Of a stretch of DNA of 64,000 nucleotides, positions 44,107 to 52,613 are shown one piece after another. Below the pieces are notes generated by a model that was given only the letters and a program-made list of their open reading frames with translations, made no database searches and had not been told where the DNA came from. The DNA is taken from contig CACJOM010000001.1 of NCBI GenBank assembly GCA_902595065.1, forward strand, positions 67,463 to 131,462, read 5' to 3'. Origin of the DNA: an uncultured SAR86 cluster bacterium. Lineage in GTDB: Bacteria; Pseudomonadota; Gammaproteobacteria; Magnimaribacterales; D2472. Every line of letters begins with the position of its first letter. Position 1 is the stretch's first letter. Position numbers and translations under genes: made by a program.

Positions 44107-44148
44107 GCGAGCAATTATACTCTCTGAAGTCAATTTAAAAGCAAATTT

Positions 44149-44895
44149 GTGAATACATTTTATGAAATTATTAAGCTAGTAAAAGCTAGTGAGCGAACAG
44201 TAATTTTAACTGGTGCCGGTATTAGCACAGAATCTGGGCTACCTGATTTTAGAAGTAATAATGGTTTTTGGACTAAAAATAAACCTATTCAATTCAACGA
44301 ATTTTTGTTAAGTGAAGAAAAACAAAGGTTATCATGGGAGAGAAATATTGAGCTCCATTCGCTTCTTAAAAACATAAAGCCAAACACAGGACATGCTTTT
44401 GTCGAAAAAGTCATTAGATTGCAAAAAAACAATTTTTTAATCACTCAAAACATAGATGGGTTACATCAAAAATCGGGTATCAGCAAAAATAAAATCATAG
44501 AGATTCATGGTAGTGCCATTGAGGCTGCATGCCTGGAGTGTGAAGCAAAACAAAATATTTTAGATTTCCACGATGCTATTAAATCTAAAACTCCATTACC
44601 AAAATGCTCTGTTTGTGGTGGCGTTGTGAAGGTAGCCACTATCTCTTTTGGTCAGCCTATGAATGAAATCGATATGATGCATGCCTCAAAAATTGTTGAG
44701 GAGAGCGATTTAATGATTGTCATGGGCTCATCTTTAAAAGTGCTACCTGCAGGAAAGCTTCCTAATTTAGCAATGCAATCAGGGTCAAAGCTTATTATCT
44801 TAAATAGAGAAAAAACCCGTTATGACTCAAGTGCAGACATAGTAATTAATGATGAGTTACATAACATATGTAGCAAGCTAATTGAGGAGCTTTAG
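44149..44895 (+). CDS. Sir2-family NAD-dependent protein deacylase (GTG start)
   Basis: GAGISTESGLPDFR, TQNIDGLH, HGS, CLEC/CSVC zinc site, GSSL. Confidence 0.95.
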   Translation: MNTFYEIIKLVKASERTVILTGAGISTESGLPDFRSNNGFWTKNKPIQFNEFLLSEEKQRLSWERNIELHSLLKNIKPNTGHAFVEKVIRLQKNNFLITQNIDGLHQKSGISKNKIIEIHGSAIEAACLECEAKQNILDFHDAIKSKTPLPKCSVCGGVVKVATISFGQPMNEIDMMHASKIVEESDLMIVMGSSLKVLPAGKLPNLAMQSGSKLIILNREKTRYDSSADIVINDELHNICSKLIEEL

Positions 44896-45938
44896 TCGTG
44901 CATTAGGGCTGCCCTGCCAAGAATTTTGCCATTTTTGAGGTCTTCCAAAGTCTGATTTGCCTGAGAGGCCGGTCTTTTTTCTACAGGGATTGGATCTACC
45001 TTTCCAGATCTTACAAGCTCCATCAACTCATGCATATCACCCGGACTACCAGTGTATGAACCTTGCACGCCTCTTTCCATGATTGGGATTAGAGGTAAAG
45101 GAAGTTTTAACTCGCCTCCATATAACCCTACGATAATATACTTACCGCCTTTTCTTAAAAGGTTAGTTCCAAATGCAGTTGACTGTTCTGAACCAACAAA
45201 ATCTATGGCAACAGATGCATTGCCACCAGTGATTTCAAAAACTTTCATCATTGCATCCTCGCTCAGGGGATTGATAGCAGCTGATGCACCATTTTCAAGA
45301 GCTAATTTAAGCTTTTCTTCATCTACATCTACAACGATTGGATTGCAGTTGAATGCTGCCTTGGCAATCTGTAAACCCATCATGCCTACACCTCCAACAC
45401 CAATGATAATTAAATCATTATCGGAATTATAAGGAGCTCCTTTTTTAAGAGCGCTATAAGCTGTTAGACCTGAACAGGCATAGCTACCTGCTAAATGTTC
45501 AGGCGTATCTCCTGCATCATGTAAATATTTTGAATCTGGGACTACAACATGATCTCCAAAACCTCCAGGCTGCATAACTCCAATAACAGGGCCTGTATTA
45601 CATAGATGTTCATCGCCATTAGCACAAACATCACAATTACTGCATCCAATCCATGGGTAAACAATCCTTTTATCTCCAACATTAATGTTAGTTGCCTCTG
45701 GCCCCACTGCTACGACTTCTCCAAAAACTTCATGACCTAATGTGAATGGATTAGGTACAGGGACAGGTAATTCGTTGCCGCCACCTAAATCAAATGCACC
45801 CGAGTGTATGTGAACATCGGAATGGCAAACTCCGCAAGCTATAGTTTTAATAATTACCTGACTTCCAGTTGGCTCAGGTGTTGGGGACTCTACTTCTACA
45901 AGTGGCTTTCCGGCCTCCATAGCTTGGTATGATTTCAT
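44892..45938 (-). CDS. Zinc-dependent medium-chain alcohol dehydrogenase
   Basis: CGVCHSD, GHE, structural Zn C-X2-C-X2-C-X7-C, GVGGVG. Confidence 0.93.
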   Translation of the reverse strand: MKSYQAMEAGKPLVEVESPTPEPTGSQVIIKTIACGVCHSDVHIHSGAFDLGGGNELPVPVPNPFTLGHEVFGEVVAVGPEATNINVGDKRIVYPWIGCSNCDVCANGDEHLCNTGPVIGVMQPGGFGDHVVVPDSKYLHDAGDTPEHLAGSYACSGLTAYSALKKGAPYNSDNDLIIIGVGGVGMMGLQIAKAAFNCNPIVVDVDEEKLKLALENGASAAINPLSEDAMMKVFEITGGNASVAIDFVGSEQSTAFGTNLLRKGGKYIIVGLYGGELKLPLPLIPIMERGVQGSYTGSPGDMHELMELVRSGKVDPIPVEKRPASQANQTLEDLKNGKILGRAALMHD

Positions 45939-45952
45939 ATTTTAAATTACCA
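45925..45952. promoter_or_regulatory. Inverted-repeat motif copy 1, degenerate (TGGTATG-N14-ATTACCA)
   Basis: Same spacing as the copies at 52574 and 55695; overlaps the ADH start codon. Confidence 0.45.
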
Positions 45953-46012
45953 AAAAAATGATTACTTGATTATAATAACTGCTCTTTAAATAAGCGCAAG
46001 CAATCAAAAAAT

Positions 46013-47197
46013 ATGGAACATTTGGAACACTTTAGACAAGAAGTTAGGGATTGGTTAGAGGAAAACTGCCCTCCTTCCATGAGGACTCCCCTCGTGCCAG
46101 AAGAGGAGGTTTGGGGCGGCAGAAATGCAGAATATGTTAATCCTGAATCGAAATTGTGGCTTGAGAGAATGGGCAACAAAGGTTGGACTGCTCCCAATCT
46201 ACCAAAGGAATATGGTGGCGGGGGTCTAGATAGAGATCAAACCAAAGTCCTTCATCAGGAGCTATATAGAATTAAAGCAAGACCAGCATTAAATAGCTTT
46301 GGTATATGGATGTTAGCACCATGCATAATTGAATTTGGTTCAGAAGAGCAAAAAAGAGAGCATCTCCCTAAAATAATCAAAGGCGAAATTAGGTGGTGCC
46401 AAGGTTATTCCGAGCCTGGTTCAGGATCTGATCTAGCTAGTCTCTCTACTAAGGCAGAGGATATGGGCGATCATTATTTAGTTAATGGTCAAAAAGTTTG
46501 GACTTCGTATGCTGATAAAGCAGATTGGATATTTGCCCTGGTTAGAACTGGTCCAAAAGAGCCAAAACATAATGGAATTAGTTTTTTACTCATTGATATG
46601 GCTACTGAGGGAGTTAGCACCAAACCAATCACACTTATCAGTGGCAAATCACCGTTTTGTGAAACTTTCTTTGATAATGTTAAAGCTCCAAAAGAAAATC
46701 TAGTTGGTGTAGAAAATTCTGGCTGGACGATAGCAAAAAAGCTCTTGCAACATGAAAGAAACTTTATTTCCAATTTTGGCCTTGCTGGAGGCGGGACTGG
46801 CTCTGGGGCAGATGTTGTAAACATTGCTAAAAAATATTTAGGCGAAGCTAATGGCCAAATAGCTAATCAAGCTCACAGAGAAAATATTACATTACATAAA
46901 ATGAAAGAGCATGCATTTGGATTAACCTTGCAGCGCTCTGGAGATGAAGGTGCAAAGGCTTCAGCAGCATCATCAATGTTCAAATACTACGGTACTGAAC
47001 ATAACAAAGATCGCTATGAGCTAATGATTGCTGCAATGGGTAATAAAGGCTTAGGCTGGACAAACGAGGGTTTTTCGGATGATGAGCAAGCCATAACGAA
47101 AGCATGGCTGAGAACTAAAGCTAACTCAATTGAGGGGGGAACTTCTGAAGTTCAACTCAATGTTATTTCTAGAAGAGTTCTAGATCTTCCCAACTAA
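46013..47197 (+). CDS. Acyl-CoA dehydrogenase, catalytic-type chain of a probable heteromeric pair
   Basis: WCQGYSEPGSGSDLASL, NGQKVWTS, HER, IEGGTSEVQ. Confidence 0.92.
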   Translation: MEHLEHFRQEVRDWLEENCPPSMRTPLVPEEEVWGGRNAEYVNPESKLWLERMGNKGWTAPNLPKEYGGGGLDRDQTKVLHQELYRIKARPALNSFGIWMLAPCIIEFGSEEQKREHLPKIIKGEIRWCQGYSEPGSGSDLASLSTKAEDMGDHYLVNGQKVWTSYADKADWIFALVRTGPKEPKHNGISFLLIDMATEGVSTKPITLISGKSPFCETFFDNVKAPKENLVGVENSGWTIAKKLLQHERNFISNFGLAGGGTGSGADVVNIAKKYLGEANGQIANQAHRENITLHKMKEHAFGLTLQRSGDEGAKASAASSMFKYYGTEHNKDRYELMIAAMGNKGLGWTNEGFSDDEQAITKAWLRTKANSIEGGTSEVQLNVISRRVLDLPN

Positions 47198-47204
47198 GGA
47201 ACAT

Positions 47205-48344
47205 ATGAAATTAATACTTACAGAAGAACAACAGTTTTTAAAAGATACTGCTCAAAGTTTTGCTAGAGATAAAACGCCTGTAACTCATTTTCGAGAAATG
47301 CGAGATAGTGAAAATAGCCAATGCTGGGATCAGTCAGTATGGAAAGAAATGGTCGAGTTGGGCTGGTCTGGAATTCTTGTTCCTGAAAAATTTGGTGGTT
47401 CAGAATTTGGGATGGCTGGTATCAGTGTAATCATGCAGGAATTGGGCAAAACTCTTACCCCCTCTCCCATATTATCGACATCAGTTCTTGGGGTCTCAGC
47501 GATCAATATGCTTGGCTCAGATGAGCAAAAAGAAAATTATCTGCCAAAAATAGTAGCTGGTGAGCTTACAACTGCATTAGCAATTGACGAAGGCAATCAT
47601 CATGACCCTTTTGCCATTGAAGCCACTGCGGTTCTTGATGGAGATGAGTGGGTACTAAATGGAAAAAAAGTATTTGTTGTGGATGGTGCAAGTGCTGATA
47701 CTGTTTTATTAGTTGCACGAACTTCTGGTAAATCAGGAGAATCAAATGGAATCTCGGTATTTGCTGCAAACAATGATAGCCCTGGGTTAAATATAACAAA
47801 GATTGCAACTGCTGATTCTAGAAATTATGCAAACATTGAGATGTCTGATCTTAAATTAGACCAAAATGCCTTATTGGGCGAGCAAGACTTAGCTGGTGAA
47901 ACCCTTGAGAGAATTCTTGATTTAGGTCGCATTGCTATTTCAGCAGAGATGTTAGGAAATACCGAAGAAGCTTTTGAGGTCACCGTTAATTACCTTAAAG
48001 AAAGAAAACAATTTGGTGTTCAAATTGGGTCATTTCAAGCGCTTCAACACAGAGCGGCTAAAATGTTTTGCGAAATTGAATTAACAAAATCAGCTGTGAT
48101 TGCTGCCATGCATGCTGCAGATGAAAATTCAAATGAGCTAGAGAGACTTGCAAGCCTTGCTAAGTTTCAAGCTGGAGAAACACTCCATCTGGTAAGCAAT
48201 GAAGCAATCCAAATGCATGGTGGAATAGGTGTAACTGACGAATATGATATCGGTTTCTATCTTAAAAGAGCGCGAGTGGCTGAGCAAATCTTTGGAACCT
48301 CAGAATTTCATCAAGCCAGGTATGCAGATATAAGCGGTTTCTGA
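47205..48344 (+). CDS. Acyl-CoA dehydrogenase, partner-type chain
   Basis: LNGKK-FV-DG, YLKERKQFGVQIGSFQALQH, AIQMHGGIG; lacks the SEP-GSD motif. Confidence 0.9.
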   Translation: MKLILTEEQQFLKDTAQSFARDKTPVTHFREMRDSENSQCWDQSVWKEMVELGWSGILVPEKFGGSEFGMAGISVIMQELGKTLTPSPILSTSVLGVSAINMLGSDEQKENYLPKIVAGELTTALAIDEGNHHDPFAIEATAVLDGDEWVLNGKKVFVVDGASADTVLLVARTSGKSGESNGISVFAANNDSPGLNITKIATADSRNYANIEMSDLKLDQNALLGEQDLAGETLERILDLGRIAISAEMLGNTEEAFEVTVNYLKERKQFGVQIGSFQALQHRAAKMFCEIELTKSAVIAAMHAADENSNELERLASLAKFQAGETLHLVSNEAIQMHGGIGVTDEYDIGFYLKRARVAEQIFGTSEFHQARYADISGF

Positions 48345-49123
48345 TGTCCTCAATCACAACCTTGCTCGAGACAATGCGCATGCTTCGAGACAAGGATAAT
48401 GGATGCCCATGGGATATCGAACAAACCCTTGAATCTCTTTCCCCTTGCGTTATAGAAGAAGCGTATGAGGTCTCAGATGCTATCGCTAACAAAGATTATG
48501 AAAATCTTAAAGAGGAGCTTGGAGATGTTTTACTTCAAGTTATATTTCAGGCAGAGATAGCCAATGAGTCAGAGTTATTTGACTTTGATGAGGTAGTTGA
48601 TTCATTAAACAAAAAATTGATTAGAAGACATCCTCATGTCTTTGATGGAGCCTCAAAACCGCTTTCAGCTAAAGAGCAAACCCAAGTATGGGATGAAATA
48701 AAAGCACAAGAAAAAAATAAAAAAGATATATACAAAACCTTTGCTGACATACCTGCATCACTCCCTCCAATCTTAAAAGCAAAAAAAATACAAAAAAAAG
48801 CTGCTAAAAAAGGTTTCGACTGGAAAGAAAGCATTGAGGTTATCGAAAAGATCGAAGAAGAGTTAAAAGAGCTCAAACATGAAATCCAGCAAAATAATAA
48901 AGAAAATAGCCTAGAAGAATTAGGAGATTTATTGTTTTCTATCATTAATTTAAGTCGACACTTAGAAATCGATGCAAGTGAAGCTATCAATCAAGCCAAT
49001 CATAAATTTGTAAAGCGCTTTAGGTTGATGGAAGAAGAGATTGCTAAAGATAAAAAAGATCTAGACAATCTTTCGCCTGAGGAGCTAGAAGAATTTTGGG
49101 TTAAAATAAAATCGCATGGGTAG
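48344..49123 (+). CDS. mazG: Nucleoside triphosphate pyrophosphohydrolase
   Basis: GCPWD-EQT, EEAYEV, EELGD, RRHPHVF, GFDW, second EELGDLLF. Confidence 0.96.
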   Translation: MSSITTLLETMRMLRDKDNGCPWDIEQTLESLSPCVIEEAYEVSDAIANKDYENLKEELGDVLLQVIFQAEIANESELFDFDEVVDSLNKKLIRRHPHVFDGASKPLSAKEQTQVWDEIKAQEKNKKDIYKTFADIPASLPPILKAKKIQKKAAKKGFDWKESIEVIEKIEEELKELKHEIQQNNKENSLEELGDLLFSIINLSRHLEIDASEAINQANHKFVKRFRLMEEEIAKDKKDLDNLSPEELEEFWVKIKSHG

Positions 49124-49997
49124 ATTGAAAAGATTATTTATAGGCATCCTGACCTTTTTTGCAATTTTAATTATTCTCAGTTTTTGGTTAGTCCCCCTAT
49201 CAATCACAAATATTCCTAGAATTATTCCTAATAAAAATTTGAAGATTTATTTAGGTTCCATTTCAAATAAAATGGGTAGCGCGGCTGTTGCTAGCATCAC
49301 AACAGCTTTAAAAATATTGCATAAACTTGAATGGGATTTTCAAATACCTAAGGATGTGAATACTGAGACTTGGTACATTGCTATGAGTAACCATCAGTCA
49401 TGGGCTGATATATTTATTTTATTGGCTGCGGGGCATAAAAAAATGCCTCTGCTAAAGTTCTTTATGAAAAAGGAATTGCAATGGATACCACCTATTTATT
49501 TAGTCCATAAAACAGTAGATATGCCATTTTTAAATAGGCATTCGAGAGCTCAAATTCTGGCAAATCCAGAGTTAAAGAGAGTTGATTATGAAAATGCGAA
49601 GAAAGCTGCAAAAAGATTTTCTAGAAATCCCTCTACAGCATTTAGCTTTGCTGAAGGAACTAGGTTCACTCCCGAAAAGCATTCTGTGCAGGAATCCCCC
49701 TACTCTAATTTACTAAAACCAAAAGTAGGAGCTCTGGCGATTGCATTATCAGGAATGCCTCAAGTTAATACTTTGGTTGATTTTACAGTCGTGTATTCAT
49801 CTGAAAAAAGATCAACATGGGATTTCCTCTGCGGCGACTTAAACAAAGCAAAAGTAGTGGCAAAGACATATGCTTTGCCTGAAAATCTTAAAAATAGATC
49901 TTTCGAAGAAGAAGATGATTACAGGAAAAGCTTCCAAACATTCGTTGATGCAATCTGGTTAGAGAAACAACAAACGATTAAAGATTTAAAGCTCTAG
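49116..49997 (+). CDS. PlsC-family acyltransferase (YihG-like)
   Basis: NHQSWADI (HX4D), FFMKKEL-WIP, FAEGTRFT. Confidence 0.9.
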   Translation: MGRLKRLFIGILTFFAILIILSFWLVPLSITNIPRIIPNKNLKIYLGSISNKMGSAAVASITTALKILHKLEWDFQIPKDVNTETWYIAMSNHQSWADIFILLAAGHKKMPLLKFFMKKELQWIPPIYLVHKTVDMPFLNRHSRAQILANPELKRVDYENAKKAAKRFSRNPSTAFSFAEGTRFTPEKHSVQESPYSNLLKPKVGALAIALSGMPQVNTLVDFTVVYSSEKRSTWDFLCGDLNKAKVVAKTYALPENLKNRSFEEEDDYRKSFQTFVDAIWLEKQQTIKDLKL

Positions 49998-50465
49998 CTT
50001 ATTATCAGCAACCAACCAGCCGTTTTGATCAATGTAAATCCATTTCCCAGAAATCATAACCACGCTTCCAAATGAGATTAATACATCTTCAAAACCATGA
50101 TTTTTTTTATTTGTTTTTTGGGCAACCGCTCCTTTAGCAAAGATACCTATAGGAAGATTCATCAGCTCCTCAACGTCTCTAACGCAGCCATTAACCACAA
50201 TGCCTGCCCAATTATTTTTTACTGCAGATTCTGCAATTTGGTCTCCAATCATGGAGGCATGAGTTACACCAGAAGCATCTATAACCAAAACTTTATTTTT
50301 TCCCTCTCGAGAGAGAACTTCTTTCACAACAGAGTTATCATCCGAGCAAGAAACTGTATATATCTCTCCTGAAATTGAGTGCCTGCTCCCAAAGGATTGC
50401 AATGGGAGTTTGCCAATTTGAATTTGCTCGGGATGTTGATCAGACAGGTCTGGCAAAGAGGTCAT
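49986..50465 (-). CDS. rraA: RraA family protein (ribonuclease E regulator / HMG aldolase)
   Basis: TSLPDLSD, DNSVV, VLVID, GD-IA, GCVRDV, DQNG. Confidence 0.88.
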   Translation of the reverse strand: MTSLPDLSDQHPEQIQIGKLPLQSFGSRHSISGEIYTVSCSDDNSVVKEVLSREGKNKVLVIDASGVTHASMIGDQIAESAVKNNWAGIVVNGCVRDVEELMNLPIGIFAKGAVAQKTNKKNHGFEDVLISFGSVVMISGKWIYIDQNGWLVADNKLEL

Positions 50466-51493
50466 AACTTTAATTTTTCTATTTTGTTTAATTTATCTAT
50501 TATATCTATTCTTCTCGCATCATTTTCCAAGTCTGCCCAAGAAATTGATCCTGAAGCTTTTAATTTAGTTAGCTTTTCTGACTGAGAAATTTTTTCTTTC
50601 TCTAAAAAATTAATTGCCTCTAAAGCTGCAGGTCTATCATTGCAAACCAATACCATGTCACAACCGCTCTCTAATGCTTTACCCACTTTGGCTTCAATGC
50701 CTCCCACATAATCTGAACCCTTCATTGAGAGGTCATCACTAAAAATTGTTCCAGTAAATTCCATTTTATTTCTTAAAACATCTTGCAGCCAAAATTTTGA
50801 AAAGGTTGCTATTTCTTTATCAATACTTGAAAAAGAAATGTGAGCCGTCATTATCCCACCAAGTTGATGCTTTAAAGCATCAAAGGGACGCAAGTCATGG
50901 CGCTCTAGTTCTGATAAAGATCTAGTATCTTGAGAAAAAGTTAGATGGCTATCAGCAAAGATACCGCCATGTCCTGGAAAATGCTTACCAGTAGCCTGCA
51001 TTCCAGCTTGATTCATACCTTTAATAAAGGCACTTGCAATAGCAATAACCTTCTCTGGATTATCACCTATTGATCTATCACCAATAACAGAGCTTCTAGA
51101 ATCATCTAGATCTAACACTGGTGCAAAACTTATATCTAATCCTGATGCAATCACCTCTGAGGCCATTAGCCAACCTAAATCGGTTGCAAAGGGAAAGTTT
51201 TTATCACTATCTGAATTTAAAAATGCTGCTAGTTTTTGCATAGTCGGCAAAATTGTATAGCCTTCTTTTAGACGCTGAACCCTTCCTCCCTCTTGATCTA
51301 CTGCAATAAGAAGCTCGGGATTTATATTTCTGATTGCTCCACATAACTCTTGAACTTGATCTCTTGAAGAGATATTTCTTGCAAATAAAATCACGCCCCC
51401 TACATGTGGATTAGGCAGTAATTTATTTTCTTCTTGAGTAAGCGAGATTCCATCCAGATCGAGCATTAACCTCCCAAGAAAAGATTTGCTCAT
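50462..51493 (-). CDS. nagZ: Beta-N-acetylhexosaminidase (GH3)
   Basis: DQEGGRVQRL, FAPVLD, KHFPGHG--ADSH, SDDLSM. Confidence 0.96.
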   Translation of the reverse strand: MSKSFLGRLMLDLDGISLTQEENKLLPNPHVGGVILFARNISSRDQVQELCGAIRNINPELLIAVDQEGGRVQRLKEGYTILPTMQKLAAFLNSDSDKNFPFATDLGWLMASEVIASGLDISFAPVLDLDDSRSSVIGDRSIGDNPEKVIAIASAFIKGMNQAGMQATGKHFPGHGGIFADSHLTFSQDTRSLSELERHDLRPFDALKHQLGGIMTAHISFSSIDKEIATFSKFWLQDVLRNKMEFTGTIFSDDLSMKGSDYVGGIEAKVGKALESGCDMVLVCNDRPAALEAINFLEKEKISQSEKLTKLKASGSISWADLENDARRIDIIDKLNKIEKLKL

Positions 51494-52506
51494 AATTTTT
51501 CTTTTAGTGAGGTAATTAATGCTTTAGTTACCTCAGGATCTCCTGAGAAGATTGAAGGAGCTAATCTTGAAGCAATAGAACCATATCGATCAAAAATGAT
51601 GTCTGAAACATCATCTGGAGTTCCAGTCACGGCGATGCTATCTAAAATTTCATCTGAAATGAGATTTGGAATATCTTGCCATAATCCTTTTTTAGTTAGG
51701 CTATTAAGCTCTGGCTGAATGCTTTCCCAGCCATGTTGCTCTAAAACTATTTTATAGGCAGGAGTAGAACCATAAAATCCAATTTGTGCCTTACAAGCAT
51801 CCCTTGCTTTAGCAATTTCTTCATCGGTTATTCCCGTTGCAACCATAACACCCACAGAGAAATCGAATTCTTGAGTTCCTGACAATTCAAGACCTTTTTT
51901 CACTGATGGCAAAGTAATATTTTCAAGAAACTTAGTTGTATGAAAAGGATGCACAATAAACCCATCGCCAGATTCAGCTGCAGCTTGAGTCATCAGTGGG
52001 CCCACGCCTGCAACATATATTTTTGGAAGACCAAATGGATTTTCTCCTGGATTAAAAAAAGGAGTCATCAATGTATGCTTATAAAATTCTCCTCTAAAGT
52101 CTAGATCTTTCCCTTCGTGCCAGCATCCCCATATGGCCTTGATGGCACCAACCATTTCTTTCATGCGTTTTGCAGGTGAAGACCAGAGCATGGAGTATCT
52201 CTTCTCAATATGAGGTTTTATTTGAGAGCCCAAACCAAGAGTGAACCTCCCTTTGGACATCAATTGCAGATCGTATCCAATATTAGCCAAAGTCATGGGA
52301 TTTCTAGAAAATGCTACAGCAATTGAAGTTGAAAGTTCTAATTTTTCAGTTGCTAGAGCGGCTGCTGCAAGAGGAAGGAATGGCTCATGCGGTCCCTCAA
52401 ATGTGTATGCTCCATCGTATCCAAGATTCTCAAGGTTTTTGCTAACATTTGAAGCCTCAGCTGGATCTCGTGTAATCATCGAGCAGTCAACTTTAATTTT
52501 TTTCAT
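51490..52506 (-). CDS. Luciferase-like monooxygenase (LLM) family oxidoreductase, resembling the putative F420-dependent MSMEG_2256 subfamily
   Basis: EGPHEPFLPL, TSIAVAFSRNPM, GRFTLGLGSQIKPHI--R, HTLMTPFF, FYGSTPAY. Confidence 0.8.
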   Translation of the reverse strand: MKKIKVDCSMITRDPAEASNVSKNLENLGYDGAYTFEGPHEPFLPLAAAALATEKLELSTSIAVAFSRNPMTLANIGYDLQLMSKGRFTLGLGSQIKPHIEKRYSMLWSSPAKRMKEMVGAIKAIWGCWHEGKDLDFRGEFYKHTLMTPFFNPGENPFGLPKIYVAGVGPLMTQAAAESGDGFIVHPFHTTKFLENITLPSVKKGLELSGTQEFDFSVGVMVATGITDEEIAKARDACKAQIGFYGSTPAYKIVLEQHGWESIQPELNSLTKKGLWQDIPNLISDEILDSIAVTGTPDDVSDIIFDRYGSIASRLAPSIFSGDPEVTKALITSLKEKL

Positions 52507-52573
52507 ATTGAATTATTTTTTACTTAATCATGAATGATTATGATGGATGTATTCCATTTTGTGTATCCCGAGT

Positions 52574-52599
52574 GGTAATATAAAAATCAGTCTATTACC
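52574..52599. promoter_or_regulatory. Inverted-repeat motif copy 2 (GGTAAT-N14-ATTACC)
   Basis: GGTAATA/TATTACC arms in the divergent gap between the LLM and NMO-family genes. Confidence 0.6.
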
Positions 52600-52613
52600 T
52601 ATTAGGAATAATA

